Source: Sedimentisphaerales bacterium (lineage in GTDB: Bacteria; Planctomycetota; Phycisphaerae; Sedimentisphaerales; SM23-30). From it: a DNA stretch of 64,000 nt. Within the stretch, counting starts at the first letter, position 1, and every line of letters starts with the position of its first letter. Under the pieces are notes generated by a model. The model did not search any database. It worked only from the letters and a program-made list of their open reading frames with translations, and had not been told where the DNA came from. The translations under genes and the position numbers were made by a program. Positions 10,851 to 21,722 of the stretch are shown here, in pieces. The stretch is from assembly GCA_963663805.2 (NCBI GenBank), contig CAXXMR010000025.1, positions 18,947 through 82,946 on the forward strand. The letters are read 5' to 3'.

Positions 10851-10878
10851 ATTATATATCTACTCAACCTCTTGTCAA
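10851..10878 (-). promoter_or_regulatory. Consensus sigma70 promoter for the ABC ATPase
   Basis: Minus strand TTGACA-16 nt-TATAAT. Confidence 0.7.
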
Positions 10879-10979
10879 ATATAATAATAAAGTGAATCCC
10901 AGTACACGCCGGTGCCCGGATATTGTGTCGAGAGGCAAGATGCAGGAGCGGACAGCGATACTCCGCCTGCAAACATGAA

Positions 10980-11052
10980 TGAGGACGCTGGGACTCGAAC
11001 CCAGGACCCACGGCTTAAAAGGCCGTTGCTCTACCAACTGAGCTACATCCCC
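10980..11052 (-). tRNA. tRNA-Lys(TTT)
   Basis: GGGGATGTAGCTCAGTTGGTAGAGCA-ACGGC CTTTTAA GCCGT-GGGTCCTGGGTTCGAGTCCCAGCGTCCTCA folds as a cloverleaf; CCA is not encoded. Confidence 0.96.
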
Positions 11053-11177
11053 AAATATTTACTTTTTAATAACTTACGTTCTTGGCGGCCTTTTGTTTGG
11101 TTGGCTCGGCCAAATCCAAGACTCGCGAATATATAACGACAATTGCTAATCGTCAAGAGTTGGAATTATTTTTTTTG

Positions 11178-11437
11178 CTATTCCATAATCGTTAGTTTGG
11201 CAATCAGCAGCATTATCAAAGCGGCCAGGATTAAAAAGCCCACGATTGTCAGGAAAAGCAGCAATACTTCGCGGATAAAATGGCGGGTTTCTATCGACTC
11301 CAGTTTGACGGCTTTATAACACCACGGCGATACTCAGGCTTATGGGCAATGCCCACAGTAGCCCGGCAGGTAGTGGTAGGGGTACTTCCAGGGGAGTCTG
11401 TAAAAAGGCCGGCAAGTAGGTTGAATATGAAAATCAT
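11178..11437 (-). CDS. Small two-TM membrane protein, frameshifted in this sequence
   Basis: GLLWALPISLSIAVV continues after a frameshift as YKAVKLES..REVLLLFLTIVGFLILAALIMLLI. Confidence 0.5.
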
Positions 11438-11442
11438 GCTTA

Positions 11443-11839
11443 CTATTCCCTGCCTTTCTTCTGGGTGAGCATCAGGGCATCCAGAATGCAGACCAGATTC
11501 AGCAATCCCGCGACTCCGGCGTAGACTTGGGCGAGGCTGACGCCTCGGTTTGGTACGAATTCAATTCCTGGGGCCGGGTCTGGCAATAATGCGCTTATCA
11601 GTGCGGGGAATCCGGAGAATACCTCTGCCAGGAACCACCACTGGTCGGTTTTGGGGTTTACCAGCTCGATACTGCCCAGCATCAGGGGCCAACAGGAAGG
11701 TCAGGCAGATGGTGACGCAAATGATGATTCCCCGTTTCTTTCGGCCCAGGAAATAATGGCCCGCTCCGGGTATGAGCCAGGCTAATATTGGTATGAAAAA
11801 AGGGGCACCTTCTGGTATTCTAGTTTTTGCTGAGGCCAT
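11443..11839 (-). CDS. DUF6677-like membrane protein, frameshifted near 11680
   Basis: LAWLIPGAGHYFLG in one ORF joins YAGVAGLLNLVCILDA in the overlapping ORF. Confidence 0.7.
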
Positions 11840-11918
11840 CGGTCATTCCCAACTGCTTATCATTTCTTAACTAATCGGTATAGAGGATACCCTTGCCGGA
11901 AAGATTCGTCAAGAATTG

Positions 11919-11960
11919 AAAAAAGGGAAGCTGCCGCCCCCCCTGAAGCAACAGCCTCCC
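11919..11960 (-). terminator. Strong orphan intrinsic terminator
   Basis: Minus-strand 13-bp stem GGGAGGCTGTTGC/GCGGCAGCTTCCC with three G-U pairs that form only on this strand, followed by T6. Confidence 0.75.
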
Positions 11961-12352
11961 CGGAATTTTCTGACAGCACCATTATGTTCTCATTCTACCT
12001 TACATATCGACATTTTAGATGGGTGAACCGGGCGGGTCGTGACAACATTATGTCACTGCACAACAAGTTTTTTTGAGAATTTCTGGTTTTGGCTGATGTA
12101 AGTGCTTATTTTTCATCGGCAGAAGTGCGTCGATGGGACGCCACCGAAATGCGGTGGTGGTTGCGTTAAGATGGGTATTCTGTAGGGATTATGCGGTTTG
12201 GGTAAGGCGCTTTTTGGTGTTTTTTTTCGATTTTTGACGTTTTTTGAGGGTTTTTTGATTTTTTAGACTAAAACTGTACTATCTGGCACTTTTTTTGAGA
12301 GAAATCCTCGAAAAAAGGTCATAATGAAAAAGAGGGATGAAGGAACGGAAGA

Positions 12353-12468
12353 AGGCATGAGGCATCAGGCGCTCAAGAGGCAAGAGTGAACGGCGTGGTT
12401 TCGGCCTTTGGCCGAGATTTGAATAAATAACGGCGAGGTGCCGCCTTCGGCGGGGTTTGTTTTTATTT
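12353..12468 (+). repeat. Dispersed hairpin repeat copy 1 (module A, two hairpin units)
   Basis: AGGCATn heptamers, GGCAAGAGTGAACGGCGTGGT-TCGGCC TTT GGCCGA, then AACGGCGAGGTG-CCGCC TTC GGCGG-TTTTATTT. Confidence 0.85.
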
Positions 12469-12479
12469 TTAAATCCAAG

Positions 12480-13068
12480 CTAATCCACCGGCTCTGCCGG
12501 TGAGAATTTATAAGGCTCTGCCGTTAAGTGCGTTACAATGGTCCTCCTTGAGGAAGGCTCCTTGGCGGTCAAGGAGGACACTATGAAAGACTGGCAGAGT
12601 CAGGCCCATGTAAAATGGGACTGTAAGTATCATGTTGTTATTGTACCCAAATATCGTCGCCAAAGCAATATTTGGTAAGTTGCGAAAGGAAATATAGGTG
12701 CGATATTGCGAGAATTGTGCCGCCAATATGGGATAGAGCTTATAGAAGGTAACGCCATGGCAGACCATATTCATATGCTCCTGAGCGTTCCGCCCAAGTA
12801 CAGCATCGCTATGACCATCGGTTATCTCAAAGGTAAAAGTGCCATCCGGATTTCTCGTGATCTGATGCGTACCAAAGGCACTCTCTTTGGCCGCAGTTTT
12901 TGGTCTCGCGGTTATTGTGTAAGTACCGTTGGTCTTGATGAAGCCCATATTCGTAAGTACATTCAAGATCAGGACAAGCATGAGCAAAATATTGAAAAAG
13001 GATTAGACTAACTGTAATGGCCCCTTTTAGGGGCCTTTCCTCATACCACCGGCTCTGCCGGTGGTCAT
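12480..13068 (+). mobile_element. IS200/IS605-family element (tnpA only)
   Basis: Identical subterminal hairpins CACCGGC-TCT-GCCGGTG at 12486-12502 and 13047-13063 flank an HUH/Y1 transposase. Exact cleavage ends were not determined. Confidence 0.9.
12583..13011 (+). CDS. tnpA: IS200 Y1 (HUH) transposase, frameshifted near 12660-12700
   Basis: MKDWQSQAHVKWDCKYHVVIVPKYRR, then DHIHML, KGKSA, FWSRGY and YIQDQ in another frame. Confidence 0.9.
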
Positions 13069-13201
13069 TGATTATGTTTTGGTGGGGGTAAATATGATGG
13101 CTGGTGGTTGTATCTGGTGGCTTGACCGGTTGGTGGTTTTGGGGTAGGCTTAGGGGGTGTGGGCTTGGGCTGGTATAAAATATTGGGAAATAAGTGATTA
13201 T

Positions 13202-13700
13202 ATGGGTGACTGGCAAGAGCAATCAGTATTGGAGCCTGACCAGCATGGTCGTTTTATGGTTGAGGCTATCAAGGAAGCGGCGGCTGCGGCAGATGAGGAC
13301 GAGGTTCCTATCGGGGCGGTGATAGTTTATGAGGGCAAGATAATCGCGCGGGCCCATAATCAGCGTGAGGCGCTTTCGGATCCGACGGCGCATGCGGAGA
13401 TGATTGCATTGACGCAGGCTGCGGAATATGTGGGAAACTGGCGGCTGCACGGGTGTACGATGTATGTTACGCTGGAGCCCTGCCCGATGTGCGCCGGGGC
13501 GTTGGTTCTGGCGCGGGTTGACCGTCTGGTTTATGGTCCTGCAGATGCCAAGGCAGGGGCCTGTGAGTCGCTTTATAATATCGTGGAAGATGAGCGGCTG
13601 AACCATCGGATTGAAGTTATTAGAGATTTATGAGCGAACCTTGTCGGCTGCTCTTGCAGGAATTTTTCGCTAGCAGAAGGCGGAAGAGGAAGGCAATAGG
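13202..13700 (+). CDS. tadA: tRNA adenosine(34) deaminase, frameshifted near 13630; 3' end approximate
   Basis: [25 protein letters not shown] and LNHR motifs; continuation [11 protein letters not shown]. Confidence 0.9.
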
Positions 13701-13710
13701 GACAACGGCG

Positions 13711-13820
13711 AGGCATAAGGCAGAAGTGAACGGCTTGGTTTCGGCTTTGGCGGCGGTTTTTATGGATATGATGGTTGGCGGTTGTATCCGGCTGCTTATG
13801 CGGCTCGGCTTTGTTGGTGA
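13711..13820 (+). repeat. Dispersed repeat copy 2 (modules A+B)
   Basis: AGGCATAAGGCAGAAGTGAACGGCTTGGTTTCGGC...ATATGATGGTTGGCGGTTGTATCCGGCTGCTTATGCGGCTCGGCTTTGTTGG. Confidence 0.85.
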
Positions 13821-13864
13821 TTTGTTTGTAAGGGACTGAAGCATTAAAGGATGGTAGTAGATAG

Positions 13865-14545
13865 ATGATTAAATCACCTTTTCATGAACTTCATACGCGG
13901 GCGGGGGCGGTAATGGTTGAACGGGGCGGTTATCTGGTGCGGAGCATTATGGCGATGCTGAGGCGGAGTACCGGTGCGGGCAGGAAAGTATTGCGGTTTT
14001 TGACTGGAGTTTTTTGCCCGCGGGTTAGAGTTGGCGGCAAGGATGCCAGGAAATATTTATGTGAATTGACTAATCAGTCAGCTAAGAAGATTTATTCTGA
14101 GCAGCAGGGCGAGGTAGCGTTCGAGGTTTTCAAGGGGGGTGCTTTGGTGCAAAATCAGGGTAATAATTTTCTGTAATAGGCAAAGGGCTTAATGGGGGGG
14201 ATTTGGGGGCGTTTCTTAAAGCGGGTGTGGGCGGTGCTAATGTTGACGTGCGGGATGAGACGGCGGTACGGCGATGATTTATCTGCATGGGCCTGGTGCG
14301 GTGAAGCTGCTGAAGAAAAAACTGCCGTTTGATATAAGCTGTCTGGAGGGCGCGATGTTTCGTGTATGAGCTATTTTTTTATGAGTGTTACGGTCGCGGT
14401 TCAGCCTAATGAGGTCGGAGCGAGCCTTATAATTCCAGCGAAGATGGCGGGGACGGCGTGGGATATGCTGGAGAAGTATGGGCAGGAGTACGGAATGAAA
14501 CCGGCGGGAGTATTGGACGGCGGAGAAGTTGGGGGTTTTTAACGG
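13865..14545 (+). CDS. GcvT/aminomethyltransferase folate-binding-domain protein, multiply frameshifted
   Basis: SPFHELH..AGA.M.ERGG, YGD..AEY, V.G.DA..YL..LT, LHGP and final YGMKPAG segments occur in shifting frames. Confidence 0.55.
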
Positions 14546-14700
14546 CAGGCATTAGGCCTTGAAGAAGGCATTAGCATAGGCCAAGAGGCAAGAGTGAACG
14601 GCGTGGTGCCTGCCTTCGGCAGGTTTTTTTTATTTAACGGCGGGGCAGGGGTTTTTATAGTGGTCCAATCCCGGCGTTGGCACTTCGGCTATTGTTTGGG
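14540..14700 (+). repeat. Dispersed repeat copy 3
   Basis: TAACGGCAGGCATT..GGCAAGAGTGAACGGCGTGGTG-CCTGCC TTC GGCAGG-TTTTTATTTAACGGC plus a degenerate module B. Confidence 0.85.
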
Positions 14701-14731
14701 CAACAGGCCCAGGAGTGGTCTGAGGGGTGAG

Positions 14732-15747
14732 TTATTCTGGAGCTGTCGAGGTGGAGCCGCGTACGATTAGTTCGCAATCCATCTTTACGCGTTTTGGAGT
14801 TTCGTCTTTGAGTGTTCCTTCCAGTCGGTCTATCAGGATTCGGGCGGCCCGTTGTCCGATTTTTTCGGGTTCTGGCGAATTGTGGTTAGCGCGGCTGGAT
14901 AAGCTGGTTGTATTCATGCGAATCGCTAAATCCCACCACCGATAAATCCTGAGGTACGCGGATGTTCATGTCGCGTGCGACTTTATAATCATATACGCAC
15001 GGGTATCGCTGCACGCAAAAATCGCGGTGGGGCGATTTTCCAATGCCAACATCGCGTGGGCGGCTTCGGGGATGTCTTCTTTGTATACCGCCTCGATGCT
15101 CACCACCGAAGTGTCAGTGAATCCTCTGACCGCGTTTTCGAAGTACTGTTTACGCTGCTTAGCCCAGCCCCACTCTGGTCGCCGGCCAAGTGTCCGAAAC
15201 GACGATGCCCCAGATTATACAAGTGCTGAGCAGTGACCTGTGCCCCCGGCTGTTCGTCGGTATCCACCGAGTCGGCAAATTCAAGCTCATGGTCGATAGT
15301 TACAACCGGTAAATCACGAGCCTCAAGCTCCTCCAGATGCTCCGAATACGCTTCGGTCACCGTAGGCCAGAGAATCACGCCATCAACCCGTCGGTCCAAC
15401 AGACGATGAATCTGCTGGAGCATAAAGCTGCTGCTGTATCGTTTGACGCTGTCCTCGTCATACCAAAGGGTTAAGGCGCATAGTCTCCAGCAACCAGTTC
15501 GTCATGAACCCCCCGCAAAATCAGTGACCAGTAGCTGTTGTAGGGCGGGACCATGACACCTACCGTACGAGTCTTTCCGGTCTGAAAGCCGCCGGATAAG
15601 GAGGTTAGGTCGATAGCCCAGAGCTTCGGCGACCGCGATAATCCTGGTGCGGGCCTTCTCGAAACCTCGCTGCGGTCGTTGAGAGCCCGCGAAACCGTAC
15701 TCACAGAGTAGTTGGTTTCCTCGGCAATCTTCTTTTAATGTGCCCAA
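14732..15747 (-). CDS. LacI-family transcriptional regulator, multiply frameshifted
   Basis: TLK.IA, STVSRALN, LGYRPN, RVDGVIL, LGHRRFGHL and ELIVRGST are spread over several ORF fragments. Confidence 0.85.
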
Positions 15748-15855
15748 TCGACGTTGGAGGCATCGTAAATCCTCTATAATTAACAGCTAATTCGACATAG
15801 TAATCGCTATGAGTGGGGCGGTCAATTAAATATCTACTAAATCTTAGTAAGATGT

Positions 15856-15998
15856 AGGCATGAGGGATGAGAGGGCAAGAAAGGCAGAGAGTGAACGGCG
15901 TGGTGCCTGCCTTCGGCAGGGTTTTTTTATTTAACGGCAGTAGATATGATGGTTGGTGGTTGTATCCGGCGCTTACGCAGCTTGGCTTTTGTTGGTGT
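15856..15998 (+). repeat. Dispersed repeat copy 4 (modules A+B)
   Basis: GAGTGAACGGCGTGGTGCCTGCCTTCGGCAGGGTTTTTTTATTTAACGGCAG-TAGATATGATGGTTGGTGGTTGTATCCGGCGCTTACGCAGCTTGGCTTTTGTTGG. Confidence 0.85.
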
Positions 15999-16201
15999 TT
16001 GGGTTTAGATATAGCGGTTGATGGTTGGAATTCGGGTGGGTTGGTCTTTGCGGCGAGATTGGGCCGGTGTAAGTATTTTGCTGCAAAATGGTTATGTCGG
16101 CAGGTTTTGCGGGGGGGATTATGATTCTCTTGACGGGCAGGGTTTAATCTGTGATAATGCTGAGATTGATAATGACGTAACGCGGGCGGGCAGGAGATAT
16201 T

Positions 16202-17205
16202 ATGAGTGCTGTAGTTGGGATAGACCCGCTGGAGACGGGTCGTGAGATACTGAGTCGTGAGGCTGAGGCAGTTGCTGTTCTGGCTGAAGTCTGAATGAGA
16301 ATTTCAGTCGGGCGGTTGAGATGATATTCGCATGTGAAGGGGCGGTGGTATTGACGGGGATCGGCAAGGCGGGGATTGTGGGTCAGAAGATTTCGGCGAC
16401 GCTGGCATCGACCGGTACGCCGAGCCATTATTCTGCACGCGGCAGAAGCGGTGCATGGTGATTTGGGGCGGCTGACCGATAAAGATTTGGTTATTGTTCT
16501 GAGTCACAGTGGTTCGAGCGAGGAAATCGTGCGTTCTGATAGCTTTAATAAAGCAGCGGGGATTGAGATGATTGGGATTGAAGGGGCAAGGTTGATTCGC
16601 CGTTGGGCAACATGCTCAGTAAGCGGTTTCTCTGGTTATCATCGAGGAGGTTTGTCCGCTGGGCCTGGCCCCGAGTACCTCGACGACGTGTATGCTGGCG
16701 TTGGGCGACGCGATTGCTTTGACGGTGATGCAGGATGCGTGATTTTGGGCCGGAAGATTACTGCGAGATTTCATCCGGCGGCGTGGCGATTGGGTGACGG
16801 TTATGGTGACGGTTGAGCAGGCGGCGTTGTTCTCGCGTGGTAAGCTTTGCGAAGGTGCAGGACAGTTTTACGGTGGGTCAGGCCTTGCAGGCAGTGTCGC
16901 TGATAACTCAGCAGCGTCATGGCTGTATCATGCTGGTAAATGACGCGGGCGAGTTGACCGGCTGTTGACCGATGGTGATTTGCGGCGTGGTATCGAAAAG
17001 CAGGGGGCGGCGTTTATGGATACTCCGGTTTGTGAGATAATGACGCATAATCGAAAACGGTTCGGCCTGATACACTGGCGGAAGTGAGGCGATGGCGATT
17101 TTTCATAAGCATCGTATCGACGAGATTCCGGTGGTTGATAGCGATAATCGTCGGTGGCGTTGATAGATGTTGCAGGATGTGGTGGCCTTGAAGGTATTGC
17201 AATAG
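16202..17205 (+). CDS. kdsD: Arabinose-5-phosphate isomerase (KpsF/GutQ, SIS+CBS), multiply frameshifted
   Basis: [50 protein letters not shown] and TDGDLRR are readable across frames. Confidence 0.85.
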
Positions 17206-17217
17206 CAGGGACGCGTC

Positions 17218-17725
17218 GTGAGTTTAGATATAAAAATGCTGGTGATGGATGTTGACGGCGTTCATTACGGACGGCGGGATATTGTCAATGAGGACGGTAC
17301 GGAATCCAAGCGGTTCAATGTGCAGGACGGGGCTCGGATTCGCGTGGGGCCCGTGCTGATAAAAAGACGGCCATTATTACCGGCAGGTATTGCAAGGCGG
17401 TTGAGTATCGGTCCAGGGATTTGCAGATTGATTATGTTTATCAAAGTGCCCTGCGGAAGCTGGAAGCGTTGGATAAGCTGGTTGCGGAAAGTTCGGTTAG
17501 GCCGGAAGAGATGGCGTATATTGGTGATGACCTGATGGATATGCCGGTAATGCGTCGGGTGGGTTTCTCGGCAGCGCCGGCCAATGCCCAGGACTGAGGT
17601 CAAGGCGATAGCGGATTATGTGACGACGCGTCGGGCGGAGGCGGGTGCGGTGGCGGAGTTTGTTACGCTGCTGATGAAGAAGATGGAGATTTGGGATGAG
17701 GCGTTGGAAACGTTATCTCGTTTGA
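17218..17725 (+). CDS. kdsC: KDO-8-phosphate phosphatase (HAD), frameshifted
   Basis: IKMLVMDVDGV, KRFNVQDG, AYIGDDLMD and GG.GAVAE motifs; follows kdsD. Confidence 0.85.
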
Positions 17726-17779
17726 CGGCGATGGCATTGCGGTAGTTTTTTTGATAAATTAAGCGTCGAGGGAGCGACC

Positions 17780-20700
17780 ATGCAAAAACGAATCATATTG
17801 ATAGCGGCGAGTCTTTTGGGATGCTTCTGCTGCTGCTGCTTTATCGGCAGGTTACTCCATGGTGACGAGCAACTCTATGGCCCACTGGGTGAATCGGCTG
17901 AGCAGACGGTTATCCAAAGCTCCTAAGCATTGAAGTGGAGAATCTCGACGCGGGCCGGTGTTGGTGGGGGCGATGAGTCAGGCTCATTTTGTGGGCAAAG
18001 ACAAGACCGGTACGGGTTACGGTGCATGAGTTTGGTTTTCGCTGACCGTGGTTAGCAGTGCGGGCAATAATCTTGAGGTTAGTCAGCCGTGGTTTCGTTT
18101 GTATATGTAAGATGGCAGGCTGCTGGGAAGTGACGGCCCAAAAGGGCACAGTGCAAATGGACAGTCGGGCAGTCTGCCCAGCCGGGTGAGTTGTCGGGTG
18201 AGATTCAGTTGGCGATTTATCCTGACGCGACTCAGGATGAGCCGCAGCGGAAGAGACCGGCCGGAACTGACGGTTACTCTGAATAATATGTTTTGAAGGT
18301 GAGGTTTTCGCGGCTGGTTAGTAATGGCGTGGTGACGGTTTATTCGCAGCAGTTTTCGGTTAAGGGGCGGGAACTGACGCTGGAATATGACCAGTTTGGA
18401 ACAGCGGCCGCAATATGCTGGAGATACGTCGTCTGGACTGGCTGAGGGTTCAGACTGATGATTTGAATCTGGCGGGCGAGAGGGCAAAAAAACGACAAAG
18501 GTTGCGTTGAAAGTGATAAGGCCCATGGCCAAAAAACCGGAAGTAATGGTAATCACACCTATCGCTTGAGTTTGCTGGAGCTGCGGTGAAAGTGAGTCAG
18601 GGTCAGAAGAGTTTCGGGCGGATTCGGTAGAGATTCTGGCCGAGCTTTGCCAGTGGAGTGCTGGAACAGATAAAAAAGCGGTGGGAATGAAAGCGTAATG
18701 AGGGCGGGAGTCAGAATCTCGGCAGGTGGAGGCAGCAGGGGTTGATTCGGGTAATTTTGCTACGATTACCTGTAACGGGCCTTTTCGGATAACGGCGGTT
18801 GAGGATATTCTGCCGGATTCGGAGGGGACGCGGCTGAGTTTATCGCCCGCGGCAGGCCAGCGTGTATCGATTCGCAGGTAATGCTCTGGCCCGGGCGGAG
18901 ATAATCCGGTATAGCAATGCCGACCAGTTAGTAAGTCTGCAAGCGAGTACCGAGCCGGTGGCGTTTGCAGCTTTCGCCCTGAACAGTACGCTACCGCTGA
19001 GCGTGAGGTGGCGGATAAATCTGGCGGATAATCTGGCGACGTTTTTCGGGCCGGGGCAGGTAATGCTGTCTGAGGGTATAATGGGGACGGTTGCCGAGGT
19101 GTGACGGGCCGGACTTGGCGGTGGCGAGCAACCAACCGCCCGGATAGATTATCGTGATAGATTGACGGCGCGGATAGTTCCCGGCGCAGGAAATGCTTCG
19201 GCTCGGCTGGAATGGATTGAATTCGCAGGTCTGCTGACGGTCGGTACGCCCAGGGACAGGCCCGGGCGAATAAGGGCAAGCTGGAATTTATGTATGTGGC
19301 GGGTGAGGCTAATCCTCTACCGAAAACAATCGAGCTGTCGGGCGGGGTGAGGATGGACGTGGGGGCAGGATGGCGGGGCGGGACGTGAGTTTGCCTTGTG
19401 AACGGCTGGCGGCGTGTGTTTGAGTGCGGATTCGCAGGGCAAGTCAAAAATCAAGGAATTGCGTTCCTGGGTAATATCAAGGCGGATACGATGAGTTCGC
19501 TATCGAGGCCGCGGAAAGTATGGTGCTGAATTCGCGGGGATTTGGCCATCCGGGGCAGGAGCAGAAACACAGACGAAAGCAGCGGCTGGGGCAGATTCTC
19601 AGCAAGGCAGGACGTGAGTCGGGCGGTTATACAGGGGAAAAATGGTGTGTCAGACTGACCTCTAAAGTTGAGAATTTTGAGATAGTCGGTGATGTCGCTG
19701 AGATTGATAATTCCAGTCGGTTGTGTGTCGTTGAAGGTCAGCCGGCTCGAATTGTGGGGCTGGCGCAGCAGGGTGCTTTGAGCGGTTCGCAAATCAAAGC
19801 CGATTTGAACCGCAGGGTTTTTTGAGGTTGTCGGCAGCGGCCACCTGGAGCATTTGATAAGCTCTGACCTTGCGGGCCGGGAACTGGCGTACCTCTGCCA
19901 ATTAAGATAGCGTGGCAGGAAAGCGCCAGTTACAGCGAACAGGGTAAGCGGATAACCTTGCGAAAGGTAAATGCCCAGGTGAACAGAAGAGCGATTCGGG
20001 CATCGGGTGACGGAAGTTGGCGTGTCCGGTTGTTGAGGTTAATCTTCAGGACGGTCAAAGCGGTGTTGAACAAAGCGGTGAGTCGGGTAATATTCTCACG
20101 CGGCAGAAGTTGAGCAGTCTTTACGCCAAGGGGCCGGCGGTTCGGATAGCGAGCAAGGAGTACGATCCGAAAAACGGCGAGCTTCTGGACTGCATGAATA
20201 TGGAAGCCGCGGAATTATTTTACGATTATAACCTGGGACGGTTGACCGCTCAGGGGGCAGGCTGGCTGGATGCGACGGATTATCGTTTCGGCGGCTGAGC
20301 GTTCGGGGCAGGCTTCGGTTGACAGTCTGGCTGCCAGCAATCTAATGAATCGCGGGCCGAGCTATACTTATATTCGATTTGATAAGGAGATGGCTTATGA
20401 CGGTCTGGCGCGGCGGCTGAGCTTTGAAGGGCCGGTGCGTTTTCATGGGACGCCTGTGGCCGAATCGATTCGGCAGGACACCGGAGACTATCCAGTATAG
20501 CAAGGAGCTGAGCAGTCTGTTCTGTAAGCGGCTGGACATAGAGTTTGTGGCACCCGCACAGAAAGTAAACGATTACAGTAATGAGGACAGTTTGCCCGAA
20601 CCGCATAAGATAACGGCGTATGGCAAGGTATTTTCTTGAAACATACTTTGAAGGTCGTAAGCGCATACTGTCGGGTGAATCGTTTAGTTTTGATGTCACA

Positions 20701-20820
20701 GAAGGAGGAAATCAAGCATGGTTGGCCGGGCGGATATGCCCGGTGTTTGTGGACCAAATGCAGTTTCTGTCTTTGAAGTGGAATATCCCCCAGCCCGGCA
20801 TTTCGAGGCGGTGCCTTTGA
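17780..20820 (+). CDS. Large exported protein, possibly LptC/LptA(OstA)-like beta-jellyroll repeats; heavily frameshifted
   Basis: RBS + ATG with an N-terminal hydrophobic anchor directly after kdsC (the usual lptC position), an EVTAQKG-type segment, and coding-like fragments over about 3 kb. Confidence 0.35.
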
Positions 20821-21201
20821 ACCAGAGTTTGATCGCTTTGCCGTGAAAAATTGTTAAGATTTTTAGCGGCAAGGGTTTATCTGTTAAACCATTTTAATGA
20901 GGTCAAAAAATGGCTCTCTGGGGGTGTTTGAGAGTAAAAGGGGCTGATTTTTGCAATTTCCTAACTTGCTTTTTCGTGGATATGTTCAATAATATTAAGT
21001 GAGATAGGAAAAATGCTTGCGGTTGTGAGGTCGAGCATGATAGCCATCCTGGAATAAAAAATTTCCCCAGAACCGAAATCAGCATTGGGTAGACTGTGAA
21101 TTTACGTAGTGACTTTTAAGGCCTGAAAGGTTATAATAAACACAGTTGTATTTTTGTGCTCCTTGGGCGAGAGAGCCAGAGACACTAAGGATGCTAAAGC
21201 C

Positions 21202-21454
21202 ATGACTACCCAGAATGAAACCAGAGTCGAACCGGAAGTAATCAGCGGCACTGCCCCTTCTGGCAAGAAGTGCGAAAAATGCACCGAGGTTGAACGTTCA
21301 AAACGTCCCGATCTTTGGGACAAAGCTCTCTTTCTGCTGCTGGAGAGAGAAGAAGACCTGCCTGGGGGATATTCTCCGGGAATAGCTCAACGCTGGCCGA
21401 AGCGGCCTCCGAAGATGCTTACGAAATGGCTGAGCTGATAGACCGTGACGCCTA
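21202..21454 (+). CDS. Small hypothetical protein with CxxC; probable frameshift near the 3' end
   Basis: AAGGA upstream; MTTQNETRVEPE..KKCEKC..; an alternative frame ends LAEAASEDAYEMAELIDRDA. Confidence 0.4.
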
Positions 21455-21478
21455 AGGTGCGTATCGCACTGACGAAGA

Positions 21479-21700
21479 AGGCATAAGGCAAGAGTGAACG
21501 GCTTGGTTTCGGCCTTGGGCTGAGGGTTTTTATTCAGCGGCAGGTGTGAGGGCGTGTTGCTCAAACGTTCAATCATATCGTAGAGGGCGAAGACCAGCCG
21601 CTTGTTACGCAAGAAGCTGCCGCCGGGACGGTGTTTTTTATGTACATAACGGTTTTGGTGGTCTTATCCGTCCGCTTATGCGGCTCGGCTTTTGTTGTCT
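21479..21700 (+). repeat. Dispersed repeat copy 5 (module A 21479-21544, module B about 21655-21700)
   Basis: GGCATAAGGCAAGAGTGAACGGCTTGGTT-TCGGCC TTG GGCTGA-GGGTTTTTATTCAGCGGCAG; TATCCGTCCGCTTATGCGGCTCGGCTTTTGTTG. Confidence 0.8.
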
Positions 21701-21722
21701 GTTGGCGGCTGGATTCGGCGGG

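Noticed and set aside
12508..12987. 159-aa ORF antisense to tnpA as a TnpB or accessory gene
   Set aside because: It has no RuvC or zinc-finger motifs, and the IS ends leave no room for tnpB.
18083..19447. 454-aa minus-strand ORF
   Set aside because: It is Pro/Ser/Arg-rich with no motifs and is the antisense shadow of the frameshifted plus-strand gene.
12353..21700. Repeats as a CRISPR array
   Set aside because: The copies are kilobases apart, separated by genes and variable in sequence; no cas genes are present.
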